Of a stretch of 14,785 nt of DNA, positions 9,196 to 14,785 are shown in pieces. Made by a program: the position numbers and the translations under genes. The notes beneath the pieces were generated by a model. That model did not search any database. It had not been told where the DNA came from and worked only from the letters and a program-made list of their open reading frames with translations. Source of the DNA: Candidatus Ratteibacteria bacterium (GTDB lineage Bacteria > Ratteibacteria > UBA8468 > B48-G9 > DTJG01); NCBI GenBank assembly GCA_049971295.1, contig JBMFLH010000049.1, positions 1-14,785 of the forward strand, given 5' to 3'. Position 1 is the first letter of the stretch. The number at the start of each line of letters is the position of its first letter.

Positions 9196-9206
9196 TGTGA
9201 TATAAT
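9196..9206 (+). promoter_or_regulatory. Extended -10 promoter for the nucleotidyltransferase gene
   Basis: TGTGaTATAAT with TATAAT at 9201-9206, 6 nt before ATG 9213. No good -35 hexamer at 17 bp. Confidence 0.68.
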
Positions 9207-9212
9207 AATAAT

Positions 9213-10223
9213 ATGGAACAGGTAACCTGCATTCTTCCAGTTGCCGGTATAGGAAAGAGACTTCAGCCGCATACATTTACAATTCCAAAAGTGCTTTTGC
9301 CTGTTGCTGGTAAACCGATTCTTGGTTATCTGATGGACTATGTAAAAACACTGGGTATAAAAAGATTTGTTTTTATCACCGGGCACCTTGGAAACAAGAT
9401 CGTAAATTATGTAAAAGAATATCATTCAGATGTGGAGGCAGTTTTTGTTAAGCAGGAGGAATTTATTGGACTTGGTTATGCAATTTCTCTTGCAGCAGAG
9501 CATGTGAAGGGGCCTGTTTTTATTAATTTAGGAGATACGCTGATTGAGTCCGATATTAAAGATTTGATTGAAGATGGTATCAGCTGGATTGCCCTGAAAG
9601 AAGTAAAGGACCCGCGACGATTCGGAGTGGCTGTGACAGATGGGGAAGGTATTATCACAAAGGTGGTGGAAAAACCATCAGAAATTATTTCTCATCACGC
9701 GTTATGCGGGGTATATTTTTTGAGTAACAGCTGGCTTCTTTTTGATTGCCTTAAGACATTGATCAGGTCAGGAAGAAAAACAAGAAATGAATTTCAACTT
9801 ACTGATGCGATACAGATGATGATAGAAAGAGGCGAAAAAATTCTTGGCATACCTGCAAGAATATGGCTTGATTGCGGCAAACTTGAAACCCTTCTTGAAA
9901 CAAACAGGTACTTACTTGAAAAATATAAGCCAGTTATACCCACACTGCCAGGCGTGGTGATTAATGAACCTGTTTTTATAGACCCTTCTGCACAGTTGAG
10001 AAACTGTGTGATTGGACCTTTTGTTTCAATCGGGAAAAATGTTAACATGGTCAATGTCATTGTTCAGAATAGTATCATCAATGACAATGCCTGTATCAAA
10101 AATGTGGTTCTGACTGATTCAATAATCGGTTATTCAGCATTTCTTACTGGTAACCTTCAAAAGATAAATCTCGGAGATGCCTCTCAGGTCAGTTTAATGG
10201 GTGAGGAAGAAACACTTTTCTGA
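9213..10223 (+). CDS. Sugar-1-phosphate nucleotidyltransferase (long-form glucose-1-phosphate thymidylyltransferase-like) with C-terminal left-handed beta-helix
   Basis: Motifs ILPVAGIGKRLQPHT..PK.LLPVAGKP, Q...GLGYA, LGD, DPRRFGV, VEKP, EFQLTDA and WLDCG, then hexapeptide-like repeats (VFIDPSAQLRNCVIGPFVSIG). Sugar and NTP specificity cannot be read from the sequence. Confidence 0.88.
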   Translation: MEQVTCILPVAGIGKRLQPHTFTIPKVLLPVAGKPILGYLMDYVKTLGIKRFVFITGHLGNKIVNYVKEYHSDVEAVFVKQEEFIGLGYAISLAAEHVKGPVFINLGDTLIESDIKDLIEDGISWIALKEVKDPRRFGVAVTDGEGIITKVVEKPSEIISHHALCGVYFLSNSWLLFDCLKTLIRSGRKTRNEFQLTDAIQMMIERGEKILGIPARIWLDCGKLETLLETNRYLLEKYKPVIPTLPGVVINEPVFIDPSAQLRNCVIGPFVSIGKNVNMVNVIVQNSIINDNACIKNVVLTDSIIGYSAFLTGNLQKINLGDASQVSLMGEEETLF

Positions 10224-10226
10224 CTT

Positions 10227-11432
10227 CTATTTGATAAATTCCCGATGAACTGCCTTCAATGCTTTCTGTCCATCCTGTTTTCGTACAATGCACGATATTT
10301 TTATTTCAGATGTGCTGATCATCTCAATGTTAATGTTGGATTCTGCAAGGGCTTTAAACATTCTTGCTGCAACGCCCGGATGGTTCATCATACCAAGACC
10401 TATCACGGTAATTTTTGCAATATCGCTATCAGATGTCACTGACTTGCATCCTAATTCAGCACCAATGGCTTTTGAAATTTCGAATGCTTTCTCAAGATCA
10501 GAAATGTTTACTGTAAAGGATAGGTCAGTATATCCACTAGTACTGACATTTTGCACAATGACGTCAACATTGATACTTGCTTCTCCGAGGGCTCCGAAAA
10601 TTTTGGCAGCAATACCGGGTTTGTCCGGTACATTGAAAAAAGTAATTTTTGCCTGTTTTTCGTCAAGAGTTACTGATGATACGACAGCACCTTCTTTAAA
10701 ATCGACCTCAGTGACCATAGTTCCTCCATTATCAGTAAATGTTGATTTAACAACAAATGGTATATGATACTTTTGAGCAAATTCAACAGCCCGTGATTGC
10801 ATCACCTTTGCACCTGTTGAAGCCATTTCAAGCATTTCCTGGAAGGAAATGACTGGAATCACGCGAGATTCAGGAACAATATTTGGGTCAGCAGTGAAAA
10901 CACCAGGGACATCAGTATATATTTCGCAAATGTCTGCCTTCAATGCGCCTGCAATCGCAATGGCAGTCAGGTCTGAACCACCCCTGCCAAGGGTTGTAAT
11001 ATTTTCTTCAGCGCTGATTCCCTGAAAACCTGCAATAACTACAATTTTGCCCTTTTTCAGCTCTTCAAGAATTCTTCGGGTATCAATTGTTCGAATTCTT
11101 GCTTTCGTATGGGTGCTATCTGTACGAATGCCTGCAAGAAATCCAGGAAGTCCTTCTGCCTCATATCCCAATTTTTCAATTGCCATGCACAGCAGTGCCA
11201 CTGAAACGATTTCTCCTGTTGAAAGAAGCAAATCCATTTCTCTTGTTGGAGGAGAGTCGTGGACCTGTTTTGCAAGGTTGATAAGATTGTCTGTTGACTT
11301 TCCCATAGCTGAGACAACGACAACCACTTTGTTGCCGTTTTTATATGTATTTACGACTTTTTCAGCAACCCTTTTTATTTTTTCAGTATCAGCAACTGAA
11401 CTTCCTCCATATTTTTGGACAATCACTGGCAT
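10227..11432 (-). CDS. lysC: Aspartate kinase (monofunctional, two C-terminal ACT domains)
   Basis: Motifs VQKYGGSSV, VVVSAMG, LLSTGE, AGFQG, TTLGRGGSD, YTDVPGVFTADP, PDKPGIAA, HPGVAARMF and ISTSEIKIS. Confidence 0.96.
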   Translation of the reverse strand: MPVIVQKYGGSSVADTEKIKRVAEKVVNTYKNGNKVVVVVSAMGKSTDNLINLAKQVHDSPPTREMDLLLSTGEIVSVALLCMAIEKLGYEAEGLPGFLAGIRTDSTHTKARIRTIDTRRILEELKKGKIVVIAGFQGISAEENITTLGRGGSDLTAIAIAGALKADICEIYTDVPGVFTADPNIVPESRVIPVISFQEMLEMASTGAKVMQSRAVEFAQKYHIPFVVKSTFTDNGGTMVTEVDFKEGAVVSSVTLDEKQAKITFFNVPDKPGIAAKIFGALGEASINVDVIVQNVSTSGYTDLSFTVNISDLEKAFEISKAIGAELGCKSVTSDSDIAKITVIGLGMMNHPGVAARMFKALAESNINIEMISTSEIKISCIVRKQDGQKALKAVHREFIK

Positions 11433-11438
11433 CCTTTA

Positions 11439-11446
11439 TCCTCCTT
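11439..11446 (-). promoter_or_regulatory. Shine-Dalgarno site of lysC
   Basis: Minus strand AAGGAGG followed by ATAAAGG and then ATG 11432. Confidence 0.8.
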
Positions 11447-11468
11447 CAGGAAGTTTTTTTGGAATAAT

Positions 11469-11497
11469 ATTTTACACGTTTTAAATGGATTTGACAA
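11469..11497 (-). promoter_or_regulatory. Sigma70-type promoter for lysC
   Basis: Minus strand TTGTCA (11497-11492), 17 nt spacer, TAAAAT (11474-11469), within the 73-bp fmt-lysC gap. Confidence 0.65.
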
Positions 11498-11505
11498 TTA
11501 CATGG

Positions 11506-12444
11506 CTATTCAAGATGAGCGTCTTTAAGAAGATACAAATGACCATTTAGATAATCAAGGGCGTTTTGTTGTCTTTTTCCTTGTTCCTGGAGCCGTTCAA
11601 TTCTCAAAATTCCCTCGCCGCAGGCAACAAGAATTTTTTTGTTTAAATCAATAAATCTTCCAGGCCAGTCATAACTGCCAGTATCTTTCTCTACAGTGGA
11701 TGCGATGATTTTTAACATTCTGCGGCCTTTGTTTGAAATCAGAAATGTATATGTTCCCGGCCAGTCAGCAAGAGCACGGATTTTATTATGAATTGAGATT
11801 GCACTATTTGACCAGTTAAGTCGACCATCAATTTTTTTAAGTTTTGGGGCATAGGAAATTTTTCCTTCCTGCTGTTTTCCACTGTATCCATTTTTCAGTT
11901 TGACTAAACTATCAGCAAGAACCTCGACTGCTATTTTTGATAATTTTTCTCTCAGGGTAAAAATGTTATCATGGTCTTCAATGGTTGTTGATTTCTGACT
12001 GATAATATTGCCGGCATCCACATCATCGGTGATAAATATGACTGTAACACCAGTTTCCTTTTTGCCATCCATAAGAGCCCATTCTATTGGTGCTGGTCCT
12101 CGATACTCTGGAAGAAGGGATGGATGTACATTTATGGGAGCAATGACAGGTATTTTGAGATACTCCTCAGGAATCATCTTGCCGTAGGATATTACAACGA
12201 ACAGATCAGGTTTGAGGGACTTTATAAGATTCAGGAATTCAATATTACCTTTCAATTGTTCTGGTTGCAGTATTGGGATGTTGTTGTTTTGAGCCCAGAT
12301 TTTTATTGGGCCAGGGGTAATCTTTAGATGTCTGCCTTTTGGTTTGTCAGGACTGGTAACAACTGCCAGAATATGGTAGGACTTTTTCAGTTCTTCAAGA
12401 CACGGTATTCCAAATGCGGAACTGCCCCAGTAAACAATTTTCAT
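11506..12444 (-). CDS. fmt: Methionyl-tRNA formyltransferase
   Basis: Motifs MKIVYWGS..FG, VVTSPDKPKGR, QPE, YG..IP, NVHPSLLPEYRGPAPI, ETGVT, DAG.I, YAPKL.K.DG and RAL..WPG. Start at ATG 12444, 4 nt after the ROK kinase stop. Confidence 0.93.
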   Translation of the reverse strand: MKIVYWGSSAFGIPCLEELKKSYHILAVVTSPDKPKGRHLKITPGPIKIWAQNNNIPILQPEQLKGNIEFLNLIKSLKPDLFVVISYGKMIPEEYLKIPVIAPINVHPSLLPEYRGPAPIEWALMDGKKETGVTVIFITDDVDAGNIISQKSTTIEDHDNIFTLREKLSKIAVEVLADSLVKLKNGYSGKQQEGKISYAPKLKKIDGRLNWSNSAISIHNKIRALADWPGTYTFLISNKGRRMLKIIASTVEKDTGSYDWPGRFIDLNKKILVACGEGILRIERLQEQGKRQQNALDYLNGHLYLLKDAHLE

Positions 12445-12448
12445 TTTT

Positions 12449-13384
12449 TTATTTTTGAAAGACCAGTGCCGCACCTGAAATAATTCCAGCGTCTGTTCCC
12501 AGTCCAGCTGGTACTACCTGAACACTTGCAGAAAGGACTTTCATACTTCTTTCTTTGATGGTTTTTCTTACTGTGTCAAAAAGAATTTCACCCGCCTGGG
12601 CAATACCTCCTGCAAGAATGATTCTGTCAGGATTTAACATGTTTACCATTCCAGCAAGAAATGCGCCAAGCGCAGTAGCCATTTCAATCCATATCTGTTT
12701 GGCAAGTTCGTCTTCTTTTTGATATGCTTCAGAAATCAGTTTTGGAGTAATTTCAGAAAGATTGGTTACCATGTGTGTGAGAATTGTTTTTTGTCCACGT
12801 TTAATTTTTCTTATGGCGCTCTGTACGATATAGTCCCTTCCCACATACGCTTCAATGCAGCCCCGGGAACCACAACCGCATTTGCGTCCTTTATAATCCA
12901 CTGGCATATGTCCGAGTTCTGCCGCAGAATATATTGCTCCGCGTAAAAGTTTTCCATTTATTACAACTCCTCCGCCGAGGCCTGTGCCAAGCGTAAGACA
13001 TATGATTGTGCGAGTTCCTTTACCTGCCCCAAATAGGTATTCTCCCCAGGCAATACTGTTGGCATCATTTTCCACCACAACCTTTTTGTGAAACTTTTTT
13101 TCAAATACTTCCCTCACATTAAAGTTGTGCCAGTCAGGAAGATTGGGAGATTCATATACCACTCCGTTATTATCAACGACTCCTGGCGTTCCAATACCAA
13201 TCCCCTCTGTGTTTTCATTCCATACATCATTGATAGCAAGCGACATTTGCTCTATCACAACATTGCGACTTTCGCTATCCGCTTTTGTTGGAATCATTCC
13301 CTTTTTTATTATGCTACCTGTTTCGTCAACCAGTCCATACTTAATATAGGTGCCGCCAAGGTCAATCCCTATAGCAGTTTTCAT
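12449..13384 (-). CDS. ROK family sugar kinase (glucokinase-like)
   Basis: Motifs IGIDLGGT, GIGTPG, VENDAN, LGTGLGGG, the Zn motif ELGH...CGCGSRGCIE, and LNPD.I..GG. No N-terminal HTH, so a kinase rather than a repressor. Start overlaps the upstream stop (ATGA, 13384-13381). Confidence 0.92.
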   Translation of the reverse strand: MKTAIGIDLGGTYIKYGLVDETGSIIKKGMIPTKADSESRNVVIEQMSLAINDVWNENTEGIGIGTPGVVDNNGVVYESPNLPDWHNFNVREVFEKKFHKKVVVENDANSIAWGEYLFGAGKGTRTIICLTLGTGLGGGVVINGKLLRGAIYSAAELGHMPVDYKGRKCGCGSRGCIEAYVGRDYIVQSAIRKIKRGQKTILTHMVTNLSEITPKLISEAYQKEDELAKQIWIEMATALGAFLAGMVNMLNPDRIILAGGIAQAGEILFDTVRKTIKERSMKVLSASVQVVPAGLGTDAGIISGAALVFQK

Positions 13385-14718
13385 TTTTTCTTGCCTTTCA
13401 AGAAACCGAATATTGATTTTTTCTCTTCAGTTTTTTCTTCCGAAACAGGTCCTGCAGAAGGGGCTTGTTGTTTTGGTTTTCTGGAAAACAGAGTTCTTTT
13501 TTTTGCTTGGTCTGGTTTTACTTCTGACCGAACCTCTCTTGACTCGACCGCTTTTTCTTCTTTTTTTCTTCCAAAGCCAAATTTTTTCTTTTTCTGTTCC
13601 ACAGGCGCTTCCTGCTTTAATTCTTCGGTTACTGGAATTTCAGCAGGTGTCTCAGGATGTTCGTATACTCCATATTTTTTAACAAGTTCCATTACATAAC
13701 AGTAGTCCTGAAAGCTTACAGTGTTTGGTATGGAATGGTCAGAATGATAAATGTAACCACCATTTTTTTTGGCAACTTCAAATTTTGTTTTTATTTCCTG
13801 CTCAATCTTTGTTTTGTCAGGGTCGTTCATCAATCTTGTGTCAATGCCACCCATAAAAGATAGTTTATCTCCATATTTTTCTTTCAGTTCAATAAGGTCC
13901 ATTCCTGCTTTTACTTCAAGCGGCTGAAGACAATCAAGTCCGGCATCAATGAGCATTGGAATGAGTTCTTTTACGTTTCCACAGGAATGCAAAATCACCT
14001 TCATGCCCTTCGAATGACAGAAGCCATATGCCATTTTATCTGCCTGATAGTGTGTTTTTAAGTAAGTATCAGGAGAAAATAGAAGTGCATTTCTGTAACC
14101 CATATCGTTAAAAAAGTATGCGCCATCAAACGAAAAGCCATTTTTTATCATAAATTCCATCATCACAAGATTTAATTCAGCAAGAGTCATAATCATTTCT
14201 TTTACCCAGCCGGGGTCTTCAGCCATTGTTATTAAAAGTTGTTCTGATTTCATATAATTCTGGAGGATATCATAACCAAAACCACCGGTATAACAAATAA
14301 ACTTTCCTTCATCTTTTGCCTTATTGTAAGCTGCAAGAGCACTCACCCAGTCAACTCTTCTAAAATCAGGATTTAATCTTTTTTTAATTTCCTTCCAATC
14401 CTCTTTTGTCTTGATGGGCCAGTCAATAATTTCAGGTGTTGTTGTATAGTCCAGAAAATTTTTCATTTTGCCGCCCTGAGATGTGGTCTGAACAATAAAT
14501 CTCTCATTTTTTTCGATAACCTTCACAGGAAATCTTGGTGTGCAGTCAGCACTGAAGAAGACGAAATCAAATCCAAAATATTCTCTCACATCTGCGTCTT
14601 CAGGAAGTCCCTCGGTTTTCCATCTTTTGATTGTTGCTGCCCACGGAGAATCTTGCATCGGAATTCTATCTGGTTCTTTATGGTTCAAAGCCAATAACAC
14701 TCGTTCCCTGCTGGTCAT
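13381..14718 (-). CDS. Uroporphyrinogen decarboxylase / MtaA-CmuA methyltransferase superfamily protein with a charged C-terminal extension
   Basis: MTSRERV..AL.H.EPDRIP start, motifs NDMG, FSP, ILHSCG, GLDCLQPLE, LKEKYG..L.F.GGID and GGYIYHSDHSIP. It lacks the HemE RQAGRY motif, so it is not called hemE. Confidence 0.85.
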   Translation of the reverse strand: MTSRERVLLALNHKEPDRIPMQDSPWAATIKRWKTEGLPEDADVREYFGFDFVFFSADCTPRFPVKVIEKNERFIVQTTSQGGKMKNFLDYTTTPEIIDWPIKTKEDWKEIKKRLNPDFRRVDWVSALAAYNKAKDEGKFICYTGGFGYDILQNYMKSEQLLITMAEDPGWVKEMIMTLAELNLVMMEFMIKNGFSFDGAYFFNDMGYRNALLFSPDTYLKTHYQADKMAYGFCHSKGMKVILHSCGNVKELIPMLIDAGLDCLQPLEVKAGMDLIELKEKYGDKLSFMGGIDTRLMNDPDKTKIEQEIKTKFEVAKKNGGYIYHSDHSIPNTVSFQDYCYVMELVKKYGVYEHPETPAEIPVTEELKQEAPVEQKKKKFGFGRKKEEKAVESREVRSEVKPDQAKKRTLFSRKPKQQAPSAGPVSEEKTEEKKSIFGFLKGKKK

Positions 14719-14722
14719 ATAT

Positions 14723-14728
14723 CCTCCT
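14723..14728 (-). promoter_or_regulatory. Shine-Dalgarno site of the URO-D-family gene
   Basis: Minus strand AGGAGG followed by ATAT and then ATG 14718. Confidence 0.75.
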
Positions 14729-14785
14729 GGTTTTGTAATGTATTAGCTTCAAAAAGTCAAATTACTTTGATTCTGTCAAAATACA

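Noticed and set aside
9146..9232. Extended start of the C-N hydrolase at 9232, and a minus-strand AGGAG near 9185-9189
   Set aside because: The extension would run through both promoters and overlap the divergent gene head to head; the AGGAG has no suitably spaced start codon.
10288..11484. Plus-strand ORFs of 159 and 145 aa opposite lysC
   Set aside because: Antisense shadows with Ser/Thr/Ile-biased composition and no motifs.
11491..11496. Perfect TTGACA on the + strand (possible antisense promoter into fmt)
   Set aside because: No -10 hexamer at 16-18 bp; it overlaps the minus-strand -35 of lysC.
13497..13504. A8 run in the URO-D tail as a slippage or phase-variation site
   Set aside because: It is explained by consecutive Lys codons, the frame is intact, and similar runs are common in this AT-rich window.
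13088..13699. Phe-rich plus-strand ORFs (203 and 110 aa) that look like membrane proteins
   Set aside because: The Phe richness is the reverse complement of Lys/Glu codons in the URO-D tail.
13381..14718. Calling the gene hemE
   Set aside because: It lacks the RQAGRY motif, has an HxC motif, and has no tetrapyrrole genes nearby.
1..14785. CRISPR arrays, tRNA/rRNA, IS elements, riboswitches, intrinsic terminators
   Set aside because: All internal intergenic gaps are 73 bp or less; by eye I saw no repeat-spacer periodicity, transposase, cloverleaf or GC hairpin with U-tract.

Overview
A gene-dense, AT-rich bacterial chromosomal window that is mostly housekeeping. The + strand carries a 5'-truncated GAF/HD-GYP gene, then mreB-mreC-mreD-mrdA(PBP2)-rodA and a TIGR03960-like B12-binding radical SAM gene. 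The centre holds a divergent pair: a C-N hydrolase (nitrilase superfamily) fused to an uncharacterised N-terminal beta-rich domain (-), and a sugar-1-phosphate nucleotidyltransferase (+). The - strand on the right carries a URO-D/MtaA-family protein, a ROK sugar kinase, fmt and aspartate kinase lysC. I found no RNA gene, CRISPR array or mobile element, and no clearly new multi-gene system. The best leads are: (1) a ~92-aa tail with three basic-Phe-basic motifs on the URO-D-family enzyme; (2) the probable lectin-fold/nitrilase fusion; (3) back-to-back promoters that would make both central genes leaderless; (4) a probable nested beta-subunit start inside lysC; (5) a radical SAM protein lacking its usual C-terminal Cys motif and partner gene. 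Family calls come from motif recognition only; no database searches were run.
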